Below are positions 51,806-62,156 of a stretch of DNA of 64,000 nt, piece by piece. Within the stretch, counting starts at the first letter, position 1. Each line of letters begins with the position of its first letter. The DNA is from an uncultured delta proteobacterium. GTDB taxonomy: Bacteria > Myxococcota > Kuafuiibacteriia > Kuafuiibacteriales > Kuafuiibacteriaceae. Below the pieces are notes generated by a model. It was given only the letters and a program-made list of their open reading frames with translations, had not been told where the DNA came from and made no database searches. Location: the NCBI GenBank assembly GCA_963803435.1, contig CAWDML010000004.1:128001-192000 (forward strand), in the 5' to 3' direction. A program made the translations under genes and the position numbers.

Positions 51806-53599
51806 CTATTCCTCGTGGGCGCCCAGCCCCAGCATCGGTGAGTGGCGTCGCTCGATCACCCGGCCCTTGCCGTCGAACATGTGAACGCCGCAGGGCAGGC
51901 ACGGATCGAAGCTGCGGACGGTCCGCATGATGTCGATGCCCTTGAAGTCGTCGGCCTTGTTCTCCTCGAACAGCGGGAGCCCCTGCACCGCGTCCTCGTA
52001 CGGCCCCGGCGTGCCGAAGGCGTCGCGCGGGCTGGCGTTCCAGGGGGTCGGCGGATAGGGGTGGTAGTTCGCGATCTTGCCGTCCCGGATCACCAGATGA
52101 TGCGAGAGCACGCCGCGGACGGCTTCGTGGAAGCCGCAGCCGATCCCCTCGTCGGGCACCTCGAACGGCTGGAACGTCTTCAGGTCGCCGGCGTGGATAT
52201 GCGTGAACGCCTTCTCCACGAAGTACGTCGCCATGGCGGCGGCGTAGGCGATGAAGTATGCGCGCGCGCGATCCCGCTCGATGGTGTTGGACCAGCGGGG
52301 CACGTTCCACTCGAGCTGCATCTCGGGCATCGTCGCCGTCTTCGGCAGCGTGATCTCGACGCTCTTACCGGTGGCGCGCACGTACGGCGTATCGACCAGG
52401 TTCGCCAGCGCGGTCACCCAGAGGCGCGCCAGTGGGCCGCCGCCGGTGTCGAGCGCCAGGTGGTCGCCGGTTCGCTGGTCGTACCAGCGCGGGCTCATCA
52501 CCCAGCTGTACGGTCCGCCCTTCAGGTCGCGCTTCTGCGGCTTCGGGATCGTCGTCTGGTTCCAGGGGTGACGCTTGTCGACGGGGTTGCCCAGCGGATC
52601 CGTCTTCACGAACGTCTCTTCGCCCTCCCAGTCCTCGTAGTACGAGTTCCCGAGCAGGATCCGGATCCCCAGGTTGATGTCGACCAGGTCGGTCGTGATC
52701 AGCTTGCCGTCCACCACGATCCCCGGCGTCACGAACATCGCGCGGCCCCACTCGCTCATCGTCTCGTAGCGGTAGTCGACGACGTCGGGGTTCTGGAACG
52801 AGCCCCAGCATCCGAGCAGGATCCGGCGATCGCCCACCCGCTCGTAGCCGGGGAGCGCCTCGTAGAAGAAGTCGAAGATGTCGTCGTTCATCGGAACCAG
52901 CCGCTTGGCGAACTCGATGAAGCCGACCAGCCGTGAGAGGTAGTCCGTGAACACCTGCGGGGTGGCCACCGTGCCGGTGCCGCCGGGATAGAGCGTGGAG
53001 GGGTGCACGTGGCGGCCCTCCATCAGACAGAACATCTCCCGGGTCAGACGGCTCATCTGCAGCGCCTCGCGATACATCGCTCCGGTGAACGGGTTGAACG
53101 AACGCATGATGTCCGCGATGGTCCGGTGGCCGTGGATGTCGGCGTGGGGCGCCGAGGTCTGCTCCGCCTTGGCGAGCAGGCTCGGGTTGGTCTCCTTCAC
53201 CATGCGCTCGCAGAAGTCGACGAACACCAGGTTGTCCTGAAAGATCGCGTGATCGAACATGTACTCGGCCGCCTCACCGAGGTTGTAGATCCACTCGGCG
53301 AGCGGCGGCATCTTGATCCCGTACGCCATGTTCTGCGCGTACACCGAGCAGGTGGAGTGGTTGTCGCCGCAGATGCCGCAGATTCGGCTGGTGATGAAGT
53401 GCGCATCGCGCGGATCCTTGCCGCGCATGAACACGCTGTAGCCGCGGAACAGCGAGGAGGTGCTCTTGCACTCGACGACCTCTCGGTTCTCGAAGTCGAT
53501 CTTCGTATAGATGCCGAGGTTGCCGATGATCCGTGTGACCGGATCCCACGACATCTCGACGAGCTTCCGCTCCGGGGTGGACTCTACGGACACCGTCAT
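51806..53599 (-). CDS. hhyL: Group 1h [NiFe]-hydrogenase large subunit
   Basis: L1 ITSRICGICGDNH and L2 SFDPCLPCGVH signatures; cleavable C-terminal tail. Confidence 0.95.
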   Translation of the reverse strand: MTVSVESTPERKLVEMSWDPVTRIIGNLGIYTKIDFENREVVECKSTSSLFRGYSVFMRGKDPRDAHFITSRICGICGDNHSTCSVYAQNMAYGIKMPPLAEWIYNLGEAAEYMFDHAIFQDNLVFVDFCERMVKETNPSLLAKAEQTSAPHADIHGHRTIADIMRSFNPFTGAMYREALQMSRLTREMFCLMEGRHVHPSTLYPGGTGTVATPQVFTDYLSRLVGFIEFAKRLVPMNDDIFDFFYEALPGYERVGDRRILLGCWGSFQNPDVVDYRYETMSEWGRAMFVTPGIVVDGKLITTDLVDINLGIRILLGNSYYEDWEGEETFVKTDPLGNPVDKRHPWNQTTIPKPQKRDLKGGPYSWVMSPRWYDQRTGDHLALDTGGGPLARLWVTALANLVDTPYVRATGKSVEITLPKTATMPEMQLEWNVPRWSNTIERDRARAYFIAYAAAMATYFVEKAFTHIHAGDLKTFQPFEVPDEGIGCGFHEAVRGVLSHHLVIRDGKIANYHPYPPTPWNASPRDAFGTPGPYEDAVQGLPLFEENKADDFKGIDIMRTVRSFDPCLPCGVHMFDGKGRVIERRHSPMLGLGAHEE

Positions 53600-53612
53600 C
53601 TTCTTCTCCTTC

Positions 53613-54650
53613 TCAGTGCGGCCAGCGGGGGCTGTATCCGCTCGTCAGCGCGCCCCGGTTGTGGTGCCAGCGGGGCTCCTTGTTGGCAGTGGCGTTCGTG
53701 AGGCTGCGGAGCCTCCGGATCAGCCTGCCGTACGGCTGAAGCAGCGTGGTCGAGACCGCGGCGCCGGGCGGCTCGTCCATGAACGGCATGAACTTGTCCG
53801 GGAAGCCGGGCATGGTGCAGCCGATGCAGATGCCGCCGACGTTCGGACAGCCGCCGATGCCCCCCATCCAGCCGCGCTTGGGGACGTTGCAGTTCACGAC
53901 CGGTCCCCAGCAGCCGACCTTCACCTGGCACTTCGGCGAGGTGTAATCGGCGGCGAAGTCGGCCTGCTCGTAGTACCCGGCGCGATCGCAGCCTTCGTGC
54001 ACGGTCTTGCCGAAGAGCCAGGTGGGGCGGAGCATGTCGTCGAGCGGGATCATCGGTGCGTCGCCGGCCGCCTGGCGGAGCAACCAGACGAGCGTCTCCA
54101 TGAAGTTGTCCGGCTGCACCGGGCAGCCCGGGATGTTCACGATCGGGATCCCGCCCTGCGAGCGGAAGCCCCAGCCGAGGTAGTCGGCGAGACCCATGCA
54201 GCCTGTCGGATTGCCGGCCATGGCGTGGATGCCGCCGTATGCGGCGCAGGTGCCGATGGCGATCACCGCCCAGGCCTTGGGCGCGAGCCGATCGATCCAC
54301 TCGTTGAGCGTGACCAGCTCCCCGGTCTTCGGATCGGTGCCGAACGAGCTCCAGTGACCGTCACCGTTGATGTGCTCGTTCGGGACCGAGCCCTCGAGCA
54401 CGAAGACGAAGGGACCCAGCTCGCCGCGCTCCGCCTTCCGGAAGTGCTCGACGAAGTCGTCGCCGGTCTCGTACGCCAGCACCTTGTTGTGGAGGTGCAC
54501 CCTGGGGATCCCGGGGATTGCGCCCATCAGGACATCCTCGATTGCAGGTTGGCTGGCGGCGGTCACCGACACCGTATCGCCGTCGCAGCTCATGCCTTCG
54601 GAGATCCACAGGATGTGAACCTCTTCGACTCCGGACTTGGTGGGTGGCAT
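53613..54650 (-). CDS. hhyS: Group 1h [NiFe]-hydrogenase small subunit
   Basis: GMSCDGD, GTCAAYGG, PGCPVQPDN, HEGCDRAGYY, CPNVGGICIGCTMPGFPD; no Tat signal. Confidence 0.93.
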   Translation of the reverse strand: MPPTKSGVEEVHILWISEGMSCDGDTVSVTAASQPAIEDVLMGAIPGIPRVHLHNKVLAYETGDDFVEHFRKAERGELGPFVFVLEGSVPNEHINGDGHWSSFGTDPKTGELVTLNEWIDRLAPKAWAVIAIGTCAAYGGIHAMAGNPTGCMGLADYLGWGFRSQGGIPIVNIPGCPVQPDNFMETLVWLLRQAAGDAPMIPLDDMLRPTWLFGKTVHEGCDRAGYYEQADFAADYTSPKCQVKVGCWGPVVNCNVPKRGWMGGIGGCPNVGGICIGCTMPGFPDKFMPFMDEPPGAAVSTTLLQPYGRLIRRLRSLTNATANKEPRWHHNRGALTSGYSPRWPH

Positions 54651-54677
54651 CTCTTGCTCTTCTCCTTCTCGCGTCGA

Positions 54678-55739
54678 TCAGCAGATGCGCGGTAGCGGTT
54701 CGGCGAACGGCAGATCCAGGATCCGCCGGCCGGCGATCGGTGTTGTCAGATGGACGAGCTCCGGGTGGTCCGACGTGACGCGCCCGATCCGCGCCGCGTC
54801 GCGGCCCAGCGGGTGAGCGCGAAGGGCCGAGAGCGCTCGTTCGGCCTCCGCCTCGGGGACGAAGGCGACCAGCTTGCCCTCGTTGGCCACCAGGAAGGGA
54901 TCGAGGCCGAGCAGCTCGCAGGCGCCGCGCACGACCTCCCGCACGGGGACGGCGCGCTCGTCCACCTCGATCCCCAAACGGCGGCGCTTCGCGATCTCGA
55001 CCAGCGTGGCGGCGAGACCTCCGCGGGTCGGATCGCGCATCGCGTGGACGCCCGGGCAGTCGTCGAGCAGCGCCTCGGTCAGCTCCGAGAGGGGCGCGGT
55101 GTCGCTCTCGAGGTCGCCCTCGAGGTCGAGCCCCTCGCGGGCCGCCATGATCGCCATCCCGTGATCTCCGATCGTGCCCGAGACCAGGATCGCGTCGCCG
55201 GGACGGACCTCGGCGGACCCGAGCCGGCGCCCGGGAGGCACCCGGCCGACGCCCGAGGTGTTGATGAAGACGCCGTCGCCGTTGCCGCGCCCCACCACCT
55301 TGGTATCGCCCGTGACGATCGAGATGCCGGCGCGATCGGCGGCACGGCGCGCCGACGTCACCACCCGGCGGAGGTCGTCGAGCGGCAGGCCCTCCTCGAG
55401 GATGAACGCGAGCGAGAGCGCGATCGGCCGTGCGCCGCTGACCGCGAGATCGTTGACGGTCCCGTTCACCGCCAGCTCCCCGATGTCCCCGCCGGGGAAG
55501 AAGATCGGGCTGACCACATACGAGTCGGTGGTGAGCGCGATCCGTCCTCCGCCCTCGAAGGGCAGCAGGGCGGCGTCGTCGAGCGTGTCGAGCACCGGGT
55601 TGCCGAACACCGGCAAGATGAGCTCTTCGAGCAGCTGTCCGGTCAGGCGACCGCCGCTCCCGTGCCCGAGAAGCACGTGCTCGGTCCGATGGCTGGGGAC
55701 CGGGCAGGCGCCGAAGGGGGACAGCGGGCTAGAGGACAT
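54678..55739 (-). CDS. hypE: Hydrogenase maturation protein HypE
   Basis: HGSGG, TTDSYVVSPIFFPGGDIG, MRDPTRGG, C-terminal LPRIC. Confidence 0.96.
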   Translation of the reverse strand: MSSSPLSPFGACPVPSHRTEHVLLGHGSGGRLTGQLLEELILPVFGNPVLDTLDDAALLPFEGGGRIALTTDSYVVSPIFFPGGDIGELAVNGTVNDLAVSGARPIALSLAFILEEGLPLDDLRRVVTSARRAADRAGISIVTGDTKVVGRGNGDGVFINTSGVGRVPPGRRLGSAEVRPGDAILVSGTIGDHGMAIMAAREGLDLEGDLESDTAPLSELTEALLDDCPGVHAMRDPTRGGLAATLVEIAKRRRLGIEVDERAVPVREVVRGACELLGLDPFLVANEGKLVAFVPEAEAERALSALRAHPLGRDAARIGRVTSDHPELVHLTTPIAGRRILDLPFAEPLPRIC

Positions 55740-56310
55740 CGTCCTCTCCCAGGGCGACGTGGGCCTGATCCCACAAGAGGTGGAGGAGGAGGGTGTGCGT
55801 CTCCTGGATGCGATGGATCGACCAGGACGGCACCACGAACACGTGATCGCAGAGGTCGACCATCCCGCCGCCGTCGCGGCCGGCGAATCCGACTGTGAGC
55901 AGACCGCGCTCGCGGGCGCGCCGGAGCGCGCGGTTGATGTTCGCGGAGGCGCCCGAGGTCGAGATGGCGAGGACCACGTCGTTGGCCTGCGCGGTCACGT
56001 CGAGCTGCTGCACGAACACCTGTGAGAAGTCGCGATCGTTTCCGATCGCGGTGAGCAACGCCGTGTCGCTCGGAAGCGAGATCGCCGGGAAGGCCCGGCG
56101 CTTCTCCATGATCGGGTGCTGAAACTCGACGGCGGCGTGCTGGGCGTCGCACGCGGAGCCGCCGTTGCCCATCGCCAGGAGACGTCCGCCCTCGGCGAGG
56201 CGAGACGCGAGCTCGTGGGCGCAGCGCTCCAGGTCGTCGGCGTGCTCCTGGAGGAAGCGCAGCTGCAGCTCAGCGCTCTCCTTCGACTTGCGGAGGATCG
56301 CGTCCCTCAC
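55729..56310 (-). CDS. SIS-domain GmhA-like protein
   Basis: [30 protein letters not shown]. Confidence 0.9.
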   Translation of the reverse strand: MRDAILRKSKESAELQLRFLQEHADDLERCAHELASRLAEGGRLLAMGNGGSACDAQHAAVEFQHPIMEKRRAFPAISLPSDTALLTAIGNDRDFSQVFVQQLDVTAQANDVVLAISTSGASANINRALRRARERGLLTVGFAGRDGGGMVDLCDHVFVVPSWSIHRIQETHTLLLHLLWDQAHVALGEDDVL

Positions 56311-57410
56311 GTCATCACCTCCAACCCGCGGCGGCCGTACTGGTAGTAGGCGGCGCAGGCGCCCTCGGCGGAGACCATGGTCGCGCCGAGCGGCGTGTTG
56401 GGGGTGCACTGATTCCCGAACGCGGGGCAGTCGCAAGGCTTCCGCTGGCCGCGGAGCACCTGCCCGCTGATGCAGATCTCCGGCTCCTCGGTGGTGATGT
56501 TCTCCACCTCGAAGAGCCGATCGGCGTCGTGCTCGCGGTACTCGTACGCGACCCGGTAGCCCGACTTGGCGATGGAGCCGACGCCACGCCACTTGCGATC
56601 GACGGTGTCGAAGACGCGGTCGATCAGCTCCTTCGCCGCTGCGTTCCCGTCGCGCGAGACCGTGCGTGCGTACTGGTTCTCGACCTCCGCCCGGCCGCGC
56701 TCGAGCTGGCCCACCGCCATCCGGATCCCGTCCAGGAGATCGATCGGCTCGAACCCGGTCACGACGATCGGGACGCGATAGCGGCGCGCAAGCGCCTCGT
56801 ACGGTCGATACCCCATCACGGCGCACACGTGCCCCGGCCCGAGAAAGGCTTGAACCCGGTTGTCAGGAGCCTGCAGGATCGCGGCCATCGCCGGAGGAAC
56901 CAGGACGTGGGACACCAGCATGGAGAAGTTCCGCACGCCGAGGCGCTTTGCCTGGAACAGGGTCATCGCGTTGGCCGGTGCGGTGGTCTCGAAACCGATC
57001 CCGAAGAACACCACGCGGCGCTCGGGATGGGTGCGCGCGATCTGGAGCGCGTCGAGCGGCGAGTAGACCACGCGAACGTCCGCGCCGTGCGCCTTCAGCG
57101 AGAGCAGATCGCCGTGGGATCCGGGGACGCGCAGCATGTCTCCGAAGGAAGTGAAGATGACGTCCTCCCTCGACGCGATCGCATGCGCGCGATCGATGGT
57201 CTCGAGGGCCGTGACGCAGACCGGACAGCCGGGTCCGTGCACCAGCTCGATCTCCTCGGGGAGCATGCGATCGAGCCCGTATCGGACGATCGAGTGGGTT
57301 TGACCGCCGCAGACCTCCATGATCACCCAGGGCCGAGTCACGCTCCGCCGGATGCGGTCGAGCAGACCGGCGGCGACCTCGGGATCGCGGTACTCGTCGA
57401 GATACCTCAC
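56307..57410 (-). CDS. hypD: Hydrogenase maturation protein HypD
   Basis: [37 protein letters not shown]. Confidence 0.96.
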   Translation of the reverse strand: MRYLDEYRDPEVAAGLLDRIRRSVTRPWVIMEVCGGQTHSIVRYGLDRMLPEEIELVHGPGCPVCVTALETIDRAHAIASREDVIFTSFGDMLRVPGSHGDLLSLKAHGADVRVVYSPLDALQIARTHPERRVVFFGIGFETTAPANAMTLFQAKRLGVRNFSMLVSHVLVPPAMAAILQAPDNRVQAFLGPGHVCAVMGYRPYEALARRYRVPIVVTGFEPIDLLDGIRMAVGQLERGRAEVENQYARTVSRDGNAAAKELIDRVFDTVDRKWRGVGSIAKSGYRVAYEYREHDADRLFEVENITTEEPEICISGQVLRGQRKPCDCPAFGNQCTPNTPLGATMVSAEGACAAYYQYGRRGLEVMT

Positions 57411-57649
57411 GGCGCGACCTCGGCGGTCTGGCCGATGACCTCGAGCACCTCCCAGGCGCGCTCGGCCTCCTCACGATCGATCCTTGCGATCGCGAAGCCG
57501 ACATGGACCAGCACGAAGTCGCCGACCTCGGCGTCGGGTTGGTAGTCGAGACAGACGTCGCGAATGATGCCGCCGAAGCGGACGCGGCCGAACCGCAGCC
57601 CATGCTTCTGGTGAAGCTCGATGATCTCTCCTGGGATGCCGAGACACAT
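57407..57649 (-). CDS. hypC: Hydrogenase chaperone HypC
   Basis: MCLGIPG...VLVHVGFA. Confidence 0.96.
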   Translation of the reverse strand: MCLGIPGEIIELHQKHGLRFGRVRFGGIIRDVCLDYQPDAEVGDFVLVHVGFAIARIDREEAERAWEVLEVIGQTAEVAP

Positions 57650-57772
57650 TCTTCGATCACGATTCGAGGCGCCGACCCGCGGCGTCAACGAGGCGTCTCG
57701 CTGCGTGGCGAGCATGCAGTAGCCAGATCGCTCCGTTGACAGCGCACCTCGTCGGCTCGCCATGCTGGACTC

Positions 57773-58006
57773 GTGCATGAGCTCGCCCTGATGGAGAGCC
57801 TCGTTACGACGGTCGAGGAGAACGTGGGAGCTGCGCGCGTGACTGCGGTGCGGCTAGAGGTTGGCAAGCTGGCTTGCGTCGCCCCGGAGGCGCTCCGGTT
57901 TTGCTTCGACGTCTGCGCGCAGGGGACGTGCCTCGAGGGCGCTCGGCTCGAGATCCTCGACCTTCCCGGCGAAGAGCTGCGTCTGAAAGACGTGGAGGTG
58001 ATCTGA
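57773..58006 (+). CDS. hypA: Nickel metallochaperone HypA, short form lacking the zinc finger
   Basis: MHEL, VGKL, PEALRFCF, GEELRL; no CxxC pairs. Confidence 0.85.
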   Translation: MHELALMESLVTTVEENVGAARVTAVRLEVGKLACVAPEALRFCFDVCAQGTCLEGARLEILDLPGEELRLKDVEVI

Positions 58007-58007
58007 C

Positions 58008-58751
58008 ATGTGCGCGATCTGCGGCTGCGAAGGCGACCACGATCATGACCATCACCATCACCACGACCACCCGCATCCGCATCCCCAGGTGAAGCGGCTC
58101 GCGGTCGACCTGCTGGCGAAGAACGATCGCGCGGCCGAGCGAAACCGGGGGTGGCTGCGGTCGCGCGGGATCGCGGCGCTGAACCTGATGGGGACGCCCG
58201 GCGCGGGGAAGACGACGCTCCTCGAGCGGACGATCCGGAGGCTGTTCGCGGAGATGGCCATCGGCGTGCTCGAGGGAGACCAGGAGACGGACAGGGACGC
58301 AGCGCGTATCCGCGCCACCGGGGCGCCGGTCGTTCAGGTCAATACGGGGGCCGGCTGTCACCTGGACGCGGAGATGGTGTTCGCGGGTCTTGCGGAGCTG
58401 CCGCTGCCGTCCGGAGCCCTACTCATGATCGAGAACGTGGGCAACCTGGTGTGCCCGGCGATGTTCGATCTGGGAGAGCGGGCCAAGGTGGTGGTGATGT
58501 CGACGACGGAAGGCGAGGACAAGCCGCTCAAGTATCCTCACATGTTCCGTGCGGCCGATCTGCTGGTGATCAACAAGATCGATCTGGTCCCCCACCTCGA
58601 GATCGACCTCGACGCGCTGGTGGGGAACGCCAAGGAGATCAAGCCGGAGCTGGACGTGCTGCAGGTCTCCGCGACGCGCGACGTCGGGCTCGACGCCTGG
58701 TGCCGCTGGATCCGCGCGCGGGTTCCGGCGCGGAGGGAAATGCGGACGTGA
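58008..58751 (+). CDS. hypB: Hydrogenase nickel-incorporation GTPase HypB
   Basis: MCAICGC, His-rich tract, GAGKTTLLE, GCHLDA, ENVGNLVCPA, NKIDL. Confidence 0.96.
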   Translation: MCAICGCEGDHDHDHHHHHDHPHPHPQVKRLAVDLLAKNDRAAERNRGWLRSRGIAALNLMGTPGAGKTTLLERTIRRLFAEMAIGVLEGDQETDRDAARIRATGAPVVQVNTGAGCHLDAEMVFAGLAELPLPSGALLMIENVGNLVCPAMFDLGERAKVVVMSTTEGEDKPLKYPHMFRAADLLVINKIDLVPHLEIDLDALVGNAKEIKPELDVLQVSATRDVGLDAWCRWIRARVPARREMRT

Positions 58752-59597
58752 GCAGCCCGGGCGAGAGGGCGCGAGCCCGAGAGGATGCCGATCGGATCGA
58801 GCGCTTACTCGAGGACGTGCAGACGCTGGTCGGACCGATCGCCTGGCCGCGGGTCGAGGAGCTGCTCGAGCGCGTGATGCGGTTTCACGGGGAGGCGATC
58901 GAGCGCGTGCTGGCGATCGGCGTCGACTCCTCGTCGGCGCCGGACCTCTTCCAGACGCGCCTGTGTGACGACGATCTGGCTGCCGGCCTGCTGCTGCTTC
59001 ACGGGCTTCATCCGGCTCCGGCGACGAAGCGCATCGAGGACGCGCTCGACGAGGTTCGCCCGTACCTCTCCTCTCACGGGGGCGGCGTCGAGATGCTTGG
59101 CCTCGAGCCCGACGGGACCGCACGGCTCCGGCTGGTCGGAGGCTGTCACGGATGTCCGTCGTCGCAGGCGACGATCGAGGGCGCGATCGAGCGGGCGGTC
59201 GTCGAGGCGGCGCCGGAGGTGACGCGGGTGGCGGTGGAGGGGGAGGCCGAGGCTCCCGAGGCGCTGATCCGGATCGGGTCCCGAAAGGATTGGCGCACGC
59301 GCTGGTGGCCGCTCGAGGCGGACATCCCGGCCGGAGCCCGCCGCGCGCTGGTCGTGGAGGGCGTCCCGATCCTGGTGCTCAGCCTGGGCGAGGTTTTGGT
59401 CGCCTACCGGAACGCCTGCGCCGCCTGCGGAGCACCGCTCGACCAGGCCGCGCTGAGCGAGACCTCGAATCGAGTGCGCCTGCGGGGCCCGGTTCGACGT
59501 CGCGCGGGCGGGCCGCGGTCGGGGCGCGCATCTCGAGCCGTTTCCGCTCTTGGGCTCGGGCGGATCGGTGCGCGTCGCGCTTCCGGAGGCCGGGTGA
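58748..59597 (+). CDS. NifU/NfuA-like protein with Rieske-like C-terminus; 1-bp frameshift at ~59468
   Basis: LLLLHGLHP, VRPYLSSHGGGVE, GCHGCPSS; correcting GAATC to GATC gives SIECACGARFDVARAG...HLEPFPL and a stop at 59597. Confidence 0.85.
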
Positions 59598-60241
59598 TCG
59601 GCATCCCCGCGCTCGCGCGTTACGCCCAACGAGGCGCGAAGGACGACGGGCCCACCGCCGGTGTCTGTGAGCTGTGCGGCGCTCTGCTCTCCGAGCCGCA
59701 CGCGCACGTGGTCGATCTCGACCGCCGCGTGCTCGACTGTGCCTGTCGCGCCTGCGCCCTGCTCTTCGAGAAGCCGGGCGCAGCGAAGGGCCGCTACCGG
59801 ACCGTCCCCGACCGCGTGCGCGTCGACCGGTCGTTCACGCTGAGCGAGTCGGCGTGGTCGAGCCTCCGCGTTCCGGTGCGGCTGGCGTTCCTGTTCTTCA
59901 ACTCCTCGCTCGAGCGCTGGGTCGCGTTCTATCCCAGCCCGGCAGGCACGACCGAGTCGGAGCTGGCGCTGGAAGCGTTCGGCGAGGTCTTCGCCGCCAG
60001 CGCCCTGGTGGCGGCGGCGCAGCCGGACGTGGAGGCGATCCTGGTCTACGGCGAGCGCGGCGCCGAGACGCTCGACCACTGGCTGGTGCCGATCGACGTC
60101 TGCTACGACCTGGTGGCGCGGGTCCGCCGGAGCTTCGCCGGCTTCGACGGTGGACCGAAGCTCCGCGCCGACCTCGACATGTTCTTCGCGGCGCTCCGCG
60201 CCAGGAGCCGCGAGATCGATCGGAGCCGAGGGAGACCATGA
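59594..60241 (+). CDS. DUF5947-like group 1h hydrogenase accessory protein
   Basis: GTGA overlap; CELC...CACRACALLF, PVRLAF, FYPSPAGTTESEL, VPIDVCY. Confidence 0.82.
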   Translation: MIGIPALARYAQRGAKDDGPTAGVCELCGALLSEPHAHVVDLDRRVLDCACRACALLFEKPGAAKGRYRTVPDRVRVDRSFTLSESAWSSLRVPVRLAFLFFNSSLERWVAFYPSPAGTTESELALEAFGEVFAASALVAAAQPDVEAILVYGERGAETLDHWLVPIDVCYDLVARVRRSFAGFDGGPKLRADLDMFFAALRARSREIDRSRGRP

Positions 60242-61485
60242 GGTTCGAGCGGGCGCGGCAGCTCGCGGACGCGGTGCTGCTCGAGGGCTACGTGCTGTAT
60301 CCATATCGAGCGTCCTCGGCGAAGAATCGGTTCCGGTGGACCTTCGGGGTGCTCGCGCCCAAGGCGTGGACCGAGGCCGGAGGCTGTGAGGCCTGGTGGA
60401 TGGAGTCGGCCAGCCTGCTCGAGCCGGGTAGCCGCCTGCAACTCGAGCTGCGATTTCTTCAAGTACAGCGCCGGCGGGTGCTGAGCGGCGATCGGGACGT
60501 CGAGTCCATCGAGGTGGACGGCCGCCTGCTGATCCCCTTCGAGGAGGGGGTCGTCCATGAGCTCGACTTCGAGCACGAGGTCGGCGACGGAGAGCGCGCG
60601 ATCCCGTTCGAGGTGGAGGGGGGAGAGGACCGCGAGGAGATCGAGAGCGTCGACGGTCGGATCCGCGCGCGGGTGATCCGCGAGCGCGCCTCGATCTCCG
60701 GGCGTGTCGTGATCCGAACCGCGCCCGCGCCGGCCGAGCGGCCGCTGCTGCACGTCCGCATCCGCGTCGAGAACACGACACCGGACGTGGACCTCCAGGC
60801 GCACCGCGAGGTGGTCGTGCTCCGGTCGCTGGTCTCCGCTCACCTGCTGATCGGCGCGGACGACGGGCGTTTCGTCTCGCTCCTGGATCCGCCGGAGTGG
60901 GCGCAGGCGGCGGTATCCCGGTGCAAGAATGTCCGCACGTTTCCGGTGCTCGTCGGCGATCCGGCGCGGAGCGACGTCCTCTTGTCGTCGCCGATCGTCC
61001 TCTACGACCACCCGCGGATCGCGCCCGAGAGCCCGGGCGACTTCTTCGATGCGACCGAGGTCGACGAGATGCTGGCGCTCCGCACGATGACGCTCACCGA
61101 TGAAGAGAAGCGTCAGGCGCGGGCTACGGACCGAAGAGCGGCCGAGATTGTCGATCGGATCGAGGCGCTTCCTCCCGAGACGATGACGCGGCTGCACGGG
61201 GCGCTCCGCGAGCTCAGAAACGCCGAGATGGTGCCGCGCGCGCCTCGGCTCCGACCCGGGCTCCGCGTCCGCCTTCGCCCCGGGCACCGGCGAACCGACG
61301 CGCAGGATCTGCTCTACGCGGGCATGGTGGCGACGATCGAGGAGGTGAAGGTCGACATCGACGGCCAGCAGATCCTGGCGGTCACCATCGACGACGATCC
61401 GGCGGCCGAGCTGCACCGGTGGTACGGACGCTTCCACTACTACTATCCCGACGAGGTCGAGGCGATCGAGGAGGTCCGCACGTGA
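60238..61485 (+). CDS. Conserved hydrogenase-cluster hypothetical protein
   Basis: LADAVLLEGYVLYPYRASSAKN, LSSPIVLYDHPRIAPESPGD, DAQDLL...GRFHYYYPDEVE. Confidence 0.82.
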   Translation: MRFERARQLADAVLLEGYVLYPYRASSAKNRFRWTFGVLAPKAWTEAGGCEAWWMESASLLEPGSRLQLELRFLQVQRRRVLSGDRDVESIEVDGRLLIPFEEGVVHELDFEHEVGDGERAIPFEVEGGEDREEIESVDGRIRARVIRERASISGRVVIRTAPAPAERPLLHVRIRVENTTPDVDLQAHREVVVLRSLVSAHLLIGADDGRFVSLLDPPEWAQAAVSRCKNVRTFPVLVGDPARSDVLLSSPIVLYDHPRIAPESPGDFFDATEVDEMLALRTMTLTDEEKRQARATDRRAAEIVDRIEALPPETMTRLHGALRELRNAEMVPRAPRLRPGLRVRLRPGHRRTDAQDLLYAGMVATIEEVKVDIDGQQILAVTIDDDPAAELHRWYGRFHYYYPDEVEAIEEVRT

Positions 61486-61949
61486 AACGGATCCTGGTCG
61501 CGGGCATCGGCAACGTCTTCAAGAACGACGACGCGTTCGGGGTCGAGGTGGCGAAGCGGCTGATGACGCGGGCGCCGCCGGCCCGCGTGGCCGACTTCGG
61601 GGTCCGCGGCGTCCACCTCGCGTACGAGCTCCTCGAGCCCCTCGATCTCCTCCTGGTCGCGGACGCCACCGCCCGCGGCGGCGCTCCCGGGACGCTCTAC
61701 GTGATCGAGCCGGAGCTCGGCCAGGAGGCGGAGTCTGGCGATCCCCATGGGATGCAGCTGGCGTCCGTGTTTTCGATGCTGCGCGCCCTCGGCGGCGCGC
61801 CGCCCAGAGTGCTGATCGTCGGCTGCGAGCCCGAGGACGTCGACGACGGCATGGCTTTGAGCCCGAGGGTCGAGCGCGCGATTGAGCCGGCGGTCGAGCT
61901 CGTCCTCCAGATCCTCGAGCGGGAACAAGGAGACCAAGATGAAGCATAG
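61482..61949 (+). CDS. Hydrogenase maturation endopeptidase
   Basis: LVAGIGNVFKNDDAFG, PGTLYVIEP, DPHGM, VGCEP. Confidence 0.92.
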   Translation: MKRILVAGIGNVFKNDDAFGVEVAKRLMTRAPPARVADFGVRGVHLAYELLEPLDLLLVADATARGGAPGTLYVIEPELGQEAESGDPHGMQLASVFSMLRALGGAPPRVLIVGCEPEDVDDGMALSPRVERAIEPAVELVLQILEREQGDQDEA

Positions 61950-62109
61950 GACCAACGGCGCGATCGAACGGTACCGATACGACGCGATGAGGCGTCACAC
62001 ACGAACCTCGCTCTGGCCGCTCGTCGGAGCGGTGGCGCTCATCGGTTTCATGGTGCTGCGCCGGTCCTGGCCCGACCTCCGGCGCTATCTCCGTATGAGC
62101 CGGATGTGA
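61939..62109 (+). CDS. Small membrane protein (DUF6893-like)
   Basis: AGGAG RBS; TM followed by PDLRRYLRMSRM. Confidence 0.7.
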   Translation: MKHRTNGAIERYRYDAMRRHTRTSLWPLVGAVALIGFMVLRRSWPDLRRYLRMSRM

Positions 62110-62156
62110 GCGAACCTCCCGCTTGACTGCGCATCGCGCTCATCCGATAGGGCGCG

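Noticed and set aside
58151-60241. 696-aa NifU-DUF5947 fusion ORF
   Set aside because: Artefact of the +1 insertion at ~59468; correction gives two genes with a GTGA overlap
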